Virus record (IMG/VR): IMGVR_UViG_2974621456_000001
Coordinates: 4,870-68,869 of that record
Length of the DNA stretch: 64,000 bases
From: a virus
Lineage: Duplodnaviria > Caudoviricetes
Strand: one strand, 5' to 3'
Shown here: one piece after another, positions 54,031 through 64,000 of the stretch
How the letters are laid out: each line of letters opens with the position of its first letter
How positions within the stretch are numbered: the stretch's first letter is position 1
The notes under the pieces: model-generated
Told to the model about the DNA's origin: nothing
Databases searched by the model: none
What the model saw: the letters and a program-made list of their open reading frames with translations, nothing else
Translations under genes and position numbers: made by a program

Positions 54031-56756
54031 CCCCAAGGTCTATCAACAGTGGAAACCCGTTCGTATCAACGGCACGTGATTACGTTGATAAAGGTTGGGG
54101 AGTCCTACCACTGCCAGAACGTCGAAAAGAGTTCCCACCAACTGGTTTCACCGGTAGGGCGGGAAAGTTCGCTGATGATGAAGACTTGACCCGTTGGCTA
54201 GCTGACCCCAAATTTTCCAAGGGCAACATAGCAATTCGTGTTGGCAATCAGATTGAAATCTCTGGTGATCGTTTTGAAGTCATCGGGATTGACGTTGATG
54301 CTCACTCGAAAAAGAAAGGCGCACAAGAGCTTTCGCGTCTTGAAAAGAAGTACGGCACATTACCCGAAACATGGATTTCGTCATCCAGAAACGATGGCGA
54401 TTCTGGTATCCGGTTTTTCCTAGTGCCGTATGGCTATGGGTTCAAAGGCCAAGCGTCAGAATCGATTGACATTGTTCAGCGCGTCCACCGGTATGCCGTG
54501 GTCTATCCATCTTGGCACCCTGACACCAAAGCTCAATACTTCTGGTATGAACCGGGTAACCCGCCTGATGGGGAGCACATCACAACGGAAATCCCCAATG
54601 CCTATACGCTTCCGTTGTTGCCGGACAAGTGGATTGATTACCTAACTCTAAATCGCACGGCAGACAATGACTTTGGTGATGGTCGCTACGGTATTGATCT
54701 GGATATCTCTGGTGATGAACTAGCGGACTGGATCAAAGAGAAGTTCATCGGCCCCTTGCCAAATGAACCGGGCGGCATGTGTGAGCACATGAAAAAGACT
54801 GTGGCGCAATGGATTACGAAGATCGAAGAGTCACCCACAAACCACAACATCATCACCAGTGCTCACTGGAATTTAGTTCGTACGGCAAGTGAAGGCCATA
54901 GCGGTTATGAATCTGCAATGGCAGAGGTTGAAGCCGTTTGGTTCAAAGACATTATGGCCAAAGGGAAAAGACCGGCTCACGTCGTAGAACGTGAAATGAA
55001 ACGCTCCCGCGATGGTCAGTTCCGAAAGCTCAAGGCCAAAGCGGATTCGTATGAGTCCCAAGGTCTTTCGCTATTCGCTGGTGATGAACTCTGTATGTCC
55101 GAAGATGACCTAAAGCCTGATGATGGGGATACATCAGGTGATGATGGCCATTGGATTCACTCAGTCCCGTTGTTGTTCAAAGACTTTGACCCCAAGAGCT
55201 ATGACAAGAATGATGTTGGTCAAGCGCAGCACTTCTATGACCGTGTGCAAGACAACGTTCGATATCTGTCCGATTTCAATGGGTGGGTCATCTATGACGG
55301 AATGCGTTGGCACATAGACGATTTCAGTCATGTTCGTGACTTGTTCCATCGTGCTGTTGTTGTGCCATCGAAGAAACGCGCTAGGGGTTTGTGGAAGGCA
55401 AGCGTTAAGGCCATCGAGTCTGGACGGCTTGTGAAGACTGACCCTGAATACCTCGAATTGGTAAGGGACGCAAAGAAACTCGATTGGGTGGCAGAGCACT
55501 ACGGCAATGACAACAAGATTCGTGCCGCACTTTCGTGCATGAAAGCTATTCCTGGTGTAGGTATGCGTTATGGCGATTTGAACTGGGACACAACGGTTTT
55601 GGCTATGCCCAACGGTAAGGTCTTGAAGCTTGATGAACCCAAGACCAAAGCACTTCCGCAAGCTTTGGGCTTTAGGATCATGGACAACGAGAAACGGTTT
55701 TTGACCACCTACACCACGGCAGTTGAATACTTACCTAGCAAGGCAATTACTGACCACGAACGAAAGCTATGGGCGGGGTACTTGAAGCTGTTTCTACCTG
55801 ACCTTGCGTACCGGCGGTTTGTGCAAAAAGCATTGGGGTACATGCTCATTGGTGGCAACCCTGAAAAGCTGGCGATTTTCCTTGTGGGGCAAAGCAATAC
55901 GGGTAAGTCCACAATGCTGCAAGCGATTCAAGGCGTGATGAATGATTACGGGGCAACGTTCCAGCCAAACGCAATCTTCAAAGATTCTGGCAATGGCAAT
56001 AATCCAGAGCTTGGCAACCTGTTGCACAAACGAGGGATTTTTAGCTCTGAGTCAGGGTCACAACGCATCCATGCAAACCCGTTGAAACGCAACACTGGTG
56101 GAGACAAGATCAGCGTTACGCGCAAGTATGCGAATGATCAAATCATCGGCATACCTCATTTCACGGCAGTGGTGGCCACAAACCAAGCGCCAACAATTGA
56201 TGATGCCGACGAAGCTCTTGTTAAACGAATCATGGTGTTGCCCTTTACAACTCGCGTGCCAGAGCTTCAAAATGACAAACGTGCTGACGTTGAGCTAGAA
56301 CGTGATGCCAGACATGCTGTGCTGAATTGGTTGGTGCAGGGTTACAAGCTCTATGTGAGAGAAGGTCTTTCGCATGAAAGCTGGCATCCTTGGTCTATTG
56401 CAGCAACTTTGGACTTCGCTAGTGAATTGTCTGATGTGGCAACGTTTCTCAGTGAGATGTGTATAGCTGCCGATGATGACCAAAAGGCTTATCTCACAAG
56501 CGATATCATCAGTGAAACACATAGCAATTCAAGGCGTGATTGGTCCAAGGTTACTGTCTCTGGTCTCTACATGAAATATCAGCATGAGTGCGCAGAAAGT
56601 GGCCAAAATGCTATGCCACCAAGGCTTTTCGCTAAGAAAGTACGGCAAGTGTTTGGTGTGACGGTGATTTCAACGAGGGTTGATGGGAAGGTCTCAAAGA
56701 GTTATTTGGGGTTGAAGTACATGAATGAATCAGCGATGAATCAGGTTCAGGGATAA
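54024..56756 (+). CDS. bifunctional primase/polymerase fused to a D5-like SF3 helicase
   Basis: GWGVLPL...GNIAIR...IDVD Prim-Pol motifs; D5_N-like middle region; GQSNTGKST Walker A; ATNQAP motif C. Confidence 0.9.
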   Translation: MTSPRSINSGNPFVSTARDYVDKGWGVLPLPERRKEFPPTGFTGRAGKFADDEDLTRWLADPKFSKGNIAIRVGNQIEISGDRFEVIGIDVDAHSKKKGAQELSRLEKKYGTLPETWISSSRNDGDSGIRFFLVPYGYGFKGQASESIDIVQRVHRYAVVYPSWHPDTKAQYFWYEPGNPPDGEHITTEIPNAYTLPLLPDKWIDYLTLNRTADNDFGDGRYGIDLDISGDELADWIKEKFIGPLPNEPGGMCEHMKKTVAQWITKIEESPTNHNIITSAHWNLVRTASEGHSGYESAMAEVEAVWFKDIMAKGKRPAHVVEREMKRSRDGQFRKLKAKADSYESQGLSLFAGDELCMSEDDLKPDDGDTSGDDGHWIHSVPLLFKDFDPKSYDKNDVGQAQHFYDRVQDNVRYLSDFNGWVIYDGMRWHIDDFSHVRDLFHRAVVVPSKKRARGLWKASVKAIESGRLVKTDPEYLELVRDAKKLDWVAEHYGNDNKIRAALSCMKAIPGVGMRYGDLNWDTTVLAMPNGKVLKLDEPKTKALPQALGFRIMDNEKRFLTTYTTAVEYLPSKAITDHERKLWAGYLKLFLPDLAYRRFVQKALGYMLIGGNPEKLAIFLVGQSNTGKSTMLQAIQGVMNDYGATFQPNAIFKDSGNGNNPELGNLLHKRGIFSSESGSQRIHANPLKRNTGGDKISVTRKYANDQIIGIPHFTAVVATNQAPTIDDADEALVKRIMVLPFTTRVPELQNDKRADVELERDARHAVLNWLVQGYKLYVREGLSHESWHPWSIAATLDFASELSDVATFLSEMCIAADDDQKAYLTSDIISETHSNSRRDWSKVTVSGLYMKYQHECAESGQNAMPPRLFAKKVRQVFGVTVISTRVDGKVSKSYLGLKYMNESAMNQVQG

Positions 56757-56758
56757 GC

Positions 56759-57046
56759 GTAACCGAAATTCAAATGCTCGGTTACAGTAAAAGCGCAGGT
56801 CAGAGGGGTGAGGTAACTGTTGAGTAACCCAAACGGAAGTGCTCGGTTACAGGGTTTGTGCAGGTCAGACCATTTAAGTAACTATAATTTCTCTACTACT
56901 ACTTTACTAATATGTGTGAAAAAATAAGTCTCATAAAGCATGTCGTGGACGTTCGTATAGAGGGTTGCAATTTAAGTTCGGTTACAGTCACTCAAAGGCG
57001 TTGACCTGCAAGGATATTGGTAACCGAAATGTTAATGCAGGTCAGA
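56759..57046. repeat. putative replication origin: GTAACC(GA)/TCGGTTAC and GCAGGTCA repeats around an AT-rich core
   Basis: Unit 56759-56804 recurs at 56824-56869 (65-bp period); AT-rich 56872-56935; further copies at 56978, 57001 (inverted), 57020 and 57037. Confidence 0.6.
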
Positions 57047-57096
57047 GCACGTTTTTGCCAGAAGCCAAATTGATTGCAGGACAAGGGGATTGAAAG

Positions 57097-60000
57097 ATGT
57101 TGGATGCCAACGAGATTCAAAAGGAGGAAATGAAAACTGTGACCTGCACTTTCTCTAGAGACACCAATGAATCAGGGCAATCATCTGATGAAAAACCTTG
57201 TGCCGCTTGTGATTACACGGATAATGGTTGGTGCTCTTGCAAGTGTCACAAACGAACAGGTTTGAAGATGAGTGGTCTAGATGTGGCTATCTGCAAAGAT
57301 GTTCCAATGGGTGGTGTAGGAATCCCTATGCCCCACAACAAGATTGGAGAATGAAATGACACAACCAATGGACCCGAATGATTATGGGGATGATTCAAGC
57401 GAATACTCTTGGGGACCAGGGCTTTTCCCTCCTGGTATCGCAGACAATGAAGGTCAACGATTGAGGCAAGATGATTTCGGCGAAAAGCTACCGACACCAA
57501 CGGAACATGTAGGAGATTTCAGTGACAATTACGCTAGAGCTGTGGCAGATCGTAGGACTGATAGCACTGATCCTACTAGCGGTAGGGATTTTGAAACACT
57601 CGGTAATCCAGACCGTTTTGGCCCGAATCCTGCACTGGTGCAAGCGAATCCAGAACGGAACAAATCGCAAAGGACCAGAGTCGAACAAGACCGTCTCAAG
57701 CGTAAAGGCTAGTGCCACATGGTCACCCGCCGAAGACGATCCAGAGTTTGCACAGATGTATCCGAATCTCGTTGGCAATATGGGGGATTCAGGACAAGTT
57801 CAGGCTACCGGGATAGTGCCCGGCGGGGTAAGCTGGACCTTGGACGGGAGTAGAAAACTGTCCACCAAAAATCAAGGCGCACAACGAATCTGGAAGCGAA
57901 AGAAAGGGTCGAAATGAAGTTCGCAGAAGCAAGAGAGACGTTCTTTAAAGGAACCGAAGAAGAGAAGAACGCTAGAGGGGAGATCGCTACACCACGTCGT
58001 GTTAGTCCTCGAATCCATTCCGGCTCAATGGATTTGAAAAAGGAATTCAAGGATGCCGGATTCACGAACGCTGATTTGATGCAGGGCACGTATAACCGTG
58101 AATCACGTCGTGCAGCTCGAAAGCCGTTCGGACGCAACCGTTTACGTCATCAGTTGAAGACGAACCCGCATTGGTTCAAGCGTCATATGATTGAGGTCAA
58201 TATGCGAAAGGCATTGGAAGCAGACCGAATTGCACGCGGTCTGCCCTCATTCGATGAAGCTTACGAACGGATGCAGTAAACGAAAGTTGTTGTGGCACAA
58301 GGTAATTCGGCCTTGTGCCTTTGATCGGGAGGTTTTCAAATGAGGGTCGAAATAGAGTTTGAGTCCAACGAATCGGGTCGAATTCGTGTGGACCTTGAGA
58401 GCGAAAAGGCAAGCAATGCAACGGTTTTCATGCAGACAGCATTTATGACCATTGAGAATGAACTGAATTCGCTTCATGCTCAAAGTTACGGTGGCTGAAA
58501 TGAAGGTCTCATTGCATCGAACTATCTTGAAGGGGTTCAACGCTGAATTCATGCGTTGGAGACCAGGCAACGAAGTTGGTGGAATTCTGTTGCGTGGCTT
58601 TGGTTTTCGTTTCATGGTGTATCGGCTCAAGCCATGATGGAAATCAAAGCGAAAGACACTGCCGTGCAACGTGATTGCGAACGTGCCTCGTGTAAAGCGT
58701 TGGGAATCAAGTGCATTGAACGCAGATCGGGGAAGGAATGCAAGAAAGCATGATTGACAAGAGCCATCCTCGAAAGATTGTGTCTCGCAAGGGAAATGCA
58801 ACGGTTTCATACTTCAAGCAATCGGGTCGAATCATTGCTGTGTGTGACAACAAGTGCATTCACCATTTGCAAAGTGCCCTAATCGATTTGGAAAAGGAAC
58901 TACAGAATGTCTGATTTTGATGAATTCGAGAAAGAGCTTGCAAGTCTGATCAATCGTCACTCGATGGAAAATGGTTCTGGCACACCAGATTTCATTGTTG
59001 CGGCATACCTTACACATTGCTTGAAATCGTGGAATGCAATGGTTCGGTCACGTGAATCTTGGTATGGCAGAGAGCAAGACCAGTTCGGTATGCCAGTCCC
59101 CAAAGCTGTTGATACACAAGAGGATTCAAAGATCGTGGCTTTCAAGGTGATTACTGCCGATTTCGGAACAAACGTGAAAACCGTGGGCTTGCTTGATCAT
59201 TCGACTGATGAGGTTGCATGGATGAATCATTGGTTGATGAAGCGCGATGCTATGCCAAGGCCATTCTCGATGAACGTTACTGAATTCGATGGTTTCGGTA
59301 CTCCCAACCTCTTTAGCGCAATGACCTACCTTGTGCAATCGGGGAAGGTGAATCGTGATGTCTGAAATCCGTTGTGTAGGTGGCTATCTCGATAATGTGA
59401 TGGTTGTGGATCATGGGCCAGAATTCACGGTTTTGGATTATGACCACTACAAAGATGTTGCAGAGCAACGGTTGCCAAAAGGTCATCCTGATTTGGATAA
59501 GCCGATGAAGTACCACGACTACACCAAAAGCCAGGGTGTCTATATCCACAACGAAAGCTGTTGCAAGACAAGGCAATTGAAAGAGTTCCGATGAGTGCCC
59601 TTCCATTCGTTCCGTGGTGGCATCACCCGAATCATCGCTATGTCGGAAAGCATAGGGGCACATACCAATTCGCTCTTGGGTTCCGAAAGATCGAACTAAC
59701 CCCATCGGTTGCAAAGCCGTTGCCATATGGCTTACGCGATATAAAGCTGACTCCCTACGTTGGCTTGAGTGGCTTTGGTTTGAACGAAAGTGGTTTCAAG
59801 CCAGTAGGTTTCGTGATGCCAGGATCACAGGTCTTTGAGTTCTCGAATGAAGAGGCATATCTAGACGATTCGTCAATCGTGTTGCGCGGCAAGCGAGATT
59901 GGAATATCTCGATGACCGTGGAAAGTGTTGACCCTCAAGTTCTTTCGATTCTGTTTGGAGAAGATCAATGTTCGCAGCAATCACGGTGCAAGGTCCGGCT

Positions 60001-62038
60001 TTTGAATGCGGTAGGTCGTGCGAAACGGTTCTGGCGAAAGGTGATACGGCATTCATCGCAAAGGGTGGTCAAGTGATCTGCCCTGATTGCGCGAAAGCTG
60101 AACTGAAACAAGCCATGAGAACATCGAATACATGGGGCAATGATGACAATCAATAGCCATACGGAAAAGGCATTCTGTGGCCAGCACCCTACAGCCGGTT
60201 GGATTGAACCGGGCAAGGAATGCAAGCGCTGTAAGTGGTTGAAGGACAACGGTTATTCGGAATCAGCAAAACTGGCCACATGTGGACGGTTTACAGGGTT
60301 GCGGTGGCAATGGGGTTTGCATCCTGAACCGTGGCGAATCTGCCAAGTATGTTGGTCACCCAAAGCTCAACACGATGATCGGCGGGTTACCGAATACCTT
60401 CCCGAACCATCCGAAATCCGTTATGCCACAACGCATAAGAACATGGTTCAAGCACTCGATGAGGTAATGGGCGAATTTGCTTGGAGCGCAACGATTCCTA
60501 GAGCACGAATCCAACTGATATTGGAGACATACCGCAATGTCTAATCCAGAGGTTTACCAACTGATTGACGAATTGTCTTGGAAGATAGAAGAACTCAAGG
60601 CCAAGGCGCAACGTGCCGCTAGTGGTGTTCCGTACGTGCTATCTGACATTGCAAAGATCAACATTCGACAGGCTCACAAGATTTTGGCCAGTGTTGATGC
60701 AGAGCTTGAAATCGCTTGGCATAGAGAAGAATTGCAGAAAGCACGTGACAAGGCAGAAGCTCATCAATGCGCCATTGAGAGATACAACGAAAAGTCAAAG
60801 CAGAGAACAGCTTTCGATGTGGTCTCAGAACGGTTTGAGGCCAAGACATTTGGTCAAGAGGAACCCATTGCAGAGTACGAAGGCCATCACCGAATCCCGA
60901 AAGGTCAATAGTGGGAACCATTTTCGCACGATTCCATCGCTTGGCATCAGAGGCACTGATTGATGCCGTGGAGTCAAAGAGCAAGGATGAGACCATCCAA
61001 AAGTGTGAATTAGCAATTGAATACGCTCATAGCGCGCTTGGTTGTTCATCCAACCTCAAAGAAGAAGCTTTGTGCCGTGGTCTCATGGATACAACCGGGA
61101 AAGTAAAGGCATTGGCCATTGCCTAGTCAAATGTTCATTGTAAAGTCTGACCCTGTAGGTAATGGGTGGGACGTATGGTTTCGGGTTTATCTCTATGACA
61201 CGGATGCTGAATTGCAAAGAGCTGCAAAGCGATACAGCATCTACAAGGAAATAAACTGGGACGGTTGCCAAGGTTGTTTTCACCCTAGAACGGTCTTTGG
61301 TGTGGACAAACATGGCCATTACTACCACTCGAAGAACTCCAAATACATTGGGGTTATGCGTCTTTCGAGAGAGTCGATTACGAAGAATCACGTAATCCAT
61401 GAATGTGCCCATGCTGCAATCAATTACGTATCTGTGCTGACTCTCAAGAATGGTTACATGGTGGGACGGTCGAATCTTCATAGCGAAGAGGCACTGTGTT
61501 ACGGAGTCGGCGAATTCAGTACGGCTATATTGAATCACCTGAAAGATGTTGTGCCGCAATGATTTACGATCATGGACCAATACCGGGACCGCTCTACTGG
61601 GACTTCAAATGCCGGGTATGTAGCCAGCGAGTTGACTTGCACGCCAACATCTTTGCGCGGATACTCTGGCGTATACGGAAGGGGCAAAAGCATGTGCGGT
61701 AAGTCGCCTATGGGTGGGATGGAGATTCTTTCTCTCCCAATTCATTCCGAGTACCTAGAGCGATATAAGCAACTTGAGCGTGAACGAATTGCCAACGCAG
61801 AGTTGCAGTTTCGGAAAGACCTTGTTGCAGGTCATGTTTGGAATTGGAGCGTGTTTTGATGGATCAAAATGGTTTGGACGCAATGTTTTACGAATTCATT
61901 TACTTGATGAATGGCAAAGCTAAGCACTGGGAGCAAATCGAACCTGGCGTGTGGCAAGTGAAAGAGTGCTACTCGAAAGACAAAAACAACCGGGCCAAGT
62001 TGACCATCAAGCTTGAGGGAGAGGAATACCACGGATAA
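57097..62038 (+). other. run of about 15 small hypothetical CDSs
   Basis: E.g. 57097-57354, 57344-57712, 57914-58279, 58907-59365, 59355-59594, 60140-60544, 60537-60911, 61119-61562, 61838-62038; no recognisable motifs. Confidence 0.55.
58294..58322 (+). terminator. rho-independent terminator
   Basis: GGCACAAGG / CCTTGTGCC stem followed by TTT. Confidence 0.6.
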
Positions 62039-62185
62039 TGCCAGCACCACCATGTAAGCCAGATTGCAAGTGCGGCAAGCATATTCGCACGAACGAACAT
62101 AATCGTCTGATTGGCCAAGGTGTTAAAGAGCGACAGCTACGAAACATCAAAGAGGGCAAGCCAATTAACCATGTAAGGGTGAATC

Positions 62186-63454
62186 ATGAGCGCACCAGTT
62201 AAGTTCGTTGGTGTCCCTGATGGACCAGCGCGCTTTATTGCCGAATTAGGTTGTGAGGTAGGCACTTTCGTAAGCCACTCTGAGAAAGAGTTGGATTACC
62301 ATGTGCCCCTTGAGTTTCGGGGAGACTATCGACCACGAGAGTTGGCCAACTACGATCCCCAAAAGGATTACCGCACAAACGCTTTCGGTAAGTGCCTTTG
62401 TGGTGCCAAGACCAAGCAAGACCTTTTGTGCGAACGGAAAGCCGTAAACCGTTGTGGTCTATGCCAGTTGCACGGCGGGCAACTCAATCGTCTTGATCGC
62501 ATTGCTACCGATAAAGAGACTGCATCGAATGCCGCTGAGTCACAAGGGCTTTCGCGCTATCGGCAGTTTCAAAACGGTACACTTACGGTTGATGATCTAG
62601 ACGACGATGAGCTAGCGCAATGTGGTTTCAAGGCTAGTAATGGTGTCATCTATCGGCCGAAGAACGTACCGCGTGAACTCGCAAATGCGTTCCAGAAAGC
62701 CATCTTTGAACGTGCCAATTCAGAGCTACGGGGCATGGTTGTTGATGCCGCTAGGACTGTTGGCGAAATCATGAAGAACAAAACTAATGAGCCTGATATC
62801 AGACTCAAGGCAGCTCTTTCATTGATTGAACGTGGTCTAGGTAAGACTCCGAATGTTGTTGCTATAACTCAAGATAAGCCGTTTGAGGTGGTTTTCGATG
62901 CCATACTACACACTTCCAGTAATGAACCGGGATCAGCTCAAACAGTCCAAAACAGCCCTCTACCAATCGAATCCGCAATTGATGCAGAATCTTTTGAGAT
63001 TGAGCAATCAGTATCATTGGGCGATACCGGGCAGTCCGCACCAAATCCGTTGCAAGAGAGCAATTCTCGAGATTCAGATTCAATTGCTAACGGGGACAAT
63101 GGAACCGGCTTTGAGACGCTTATCGATGAGCTTTCAAATGATGGGGTCCGCAATTCAAGACTTCACGAACGAAATCCAGCAATCCTTGCTCAAACTATAG
63201 AAATCAAACCGTTTGAGTATGACCTTTCTGATCAACGTGAAGCAATCGACAAAGCGATCAAAAAGCGTTATGCCTCAAGGGCTTTGGGGATTGACCTAAC
63301 AACTGAAAGCGTGCCGTTGGTTCGTGTTGAAACGACGGATGAAAACGGGATCACCTGGATTCGACACGTTGACCCAAACAAGCTAAAAACCAAGGTGCCC
63401 AATCAATCTCAAGCGAAGAAACGAAAGTCATTCACGCTCAACGACTTTGAGTGA
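62186..63454 (+). CDS. terminase small subunit-like protein (putative)
   Basis: C.C...C...C.LHGG motif and DDLDDDEL..G segment resemble actinophage small terminases; lies before the genes missing from this window (large terminase, portal). Confidence 0.5.
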   Translation: MSAPVKFVGVPDGPARFIAELGCEVGTFVSHSEKELDYHVPLEFRGDYRPRELANYDPQKDYRTNAFGKCLCGAKTKQDLLCERKAVNRCGLCQLHGGQLNRLDRIATDKETASNAAESQGLSRYRQFQNGTLTVDDLDDDELAQCGFKASNGVIYRPKNVPRELANAFQKAIFERANSELRGMVVDAARTVGEIMKNKTNEPDIRLKAALSLIERGLGKTPNVVAITQDKPFEVVFDAILHTSSNEPGSAQTVQNSPLPIESAIDAESFEIEQSVSLGDTGQSAPNPLQESNSRDSDSIANGDNGTGFETLIDELSNDGVRNSRLHERNPAILAQTIEIKPFEYDLSDQREAIDKAIKKRYASRALGIDLTTESVPLVRVETTDENGITWIRHVDPNKLKTKVPNQSQAKKRKSFTLNDFE

Positions 63455-63782
63455 AACAGGCTGGCGTGTCGCTTGCCGTCCTCCCCGGTCACCGCGTAAA
63501 CTCGCGGTCAGTGAGGGCAAACCATGCCCTCTATGGGGTCCGTACCGAAAGCCGAAAAGGCTTGTTGTTGAAGGGAATTGGAAAATGCCGAGTTCGCAAG
63601 TTCGGCCTTTCGGTAAGGCAAAGAAGATCAACCCAATCGAACGAGAGAAAGACAACACGTCTGATCTCGAATTGGCAGAAATGAAGGCACGCGCCAAGTT
63701 TGCTCACATCAAGCAGGGCGATAACCTCAATCCTGCCAACAATGGCAAGACCACGACTGCCCCGCATGGTGGCACCACGTAG
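63447..63782 (+). CDS. basic hypothetical protein
   Basis: 111 aa, overlaps the previous stop. Confidence 0.5.
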   Translation: MSETGWRVACRPPRSPRKLAVSEGKPCPLWGPYRKPKRLVVEGNWKMPSSQVRPFGKAKKINPIEREKDNTSDLELAEMKARAKFAHIKQGDNLNPANNGKTTTAPHGGTT

Positions 63783-63809
63783 GGCGAAATATGAAGGGAG
63801 GCAACCCAA

Positions 63810-63995
63810 TTGAGCGCCAAGGGCGATATCCACGCTATCGCGCGAAAGGCTGCCGTTGGGGATGGGAACCCGCCGATCCTCGACCCGTCGGCGGGTTTTC
63901 CCAATCATCCGTTCTTCGATAGGAAGCTACGGTTTGTCTCCGCATCGGATACCAAGGGACGAATTCGCTTGTGTGCCTTGACCGTTGACGAGTAA
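63810..63995 (+). CDS. small hypothetical protein
   Basis: TTG start with GGGAGG upstream. Confidence 0.4.
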   Translation: MSAKGDIHAIARKAAVGDGNPPILDPSAGFPNHPFFDRKLRFVSASDTKGRIRLCALTVDE

Positions 63996-64000
63996 GGGAA

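Noticed and set aside
1-64000. Integrase, repressor, transposon or anti-CRISPR locus
   Set aside because: No recognisable recombinase or transposase motifs, and small ORFs alone cannot support an Acr call.

Overview
About 64 kb of a long-tailed (siphovirus-like) dsDNA phage of a mycolic-acid-containing actinobacterium, inferred from LysA plus LysB and tape-measure muralytic motifs. GC looks roughly 50% by eye. No integrase or repressor is visible, so it is probably lytic, and essentially all genes lie on the + strand. Layout: 1-24 kb head, tail and lysis genes; 24.3-34.9 kb an accessory/early unit of about 30 small genes; 35-57 kb an HTH protein, tRNA-Gln(UUG), tRNA-Lys(UUU), SNF2 helicase, Cas4-like nuclease, AAA ATPase, SSB-like protein, MazG-like protein, a two-ORF DnaE, RuvC-like resolvase, SLOG protein, primase-helicase and a probable origin; 57-64 kb small genes and a probable terminase small subunit. 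Most striking: 15 intergenic spaces in the accessory unit each carry a tRNA-like mini-module (G-initiated 5-6 bp acceptor-like stem, usually GG-containing linker, T-arm with a TTCRANY-type loop, then discriminator A plus CG). Its stems differ in sequence at almost every copy while remaining paired. Each module is followed by a second hairpin, an A/C-rich tract and an invariant AGGATGGAA just before the start codon. The unit is preceded by a ~630-nt highly structured leader and closed by a 22-bp hairpin. A separate intergenic hairpin at 40.2 kb presents the reverse complement of AGGATGGAA in its apical loop. Together these suggest an undescribed RNA-level expression system: tRNA-like punctuation plus a possible antisense off-switch. 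Two recoding candidates were also found: a +1 CCC_TTT_CGC site in the tail chaperone and a 17-nt interruption in dnaE. All pairings and coordinates were read by eye; no folding or database searches were run.
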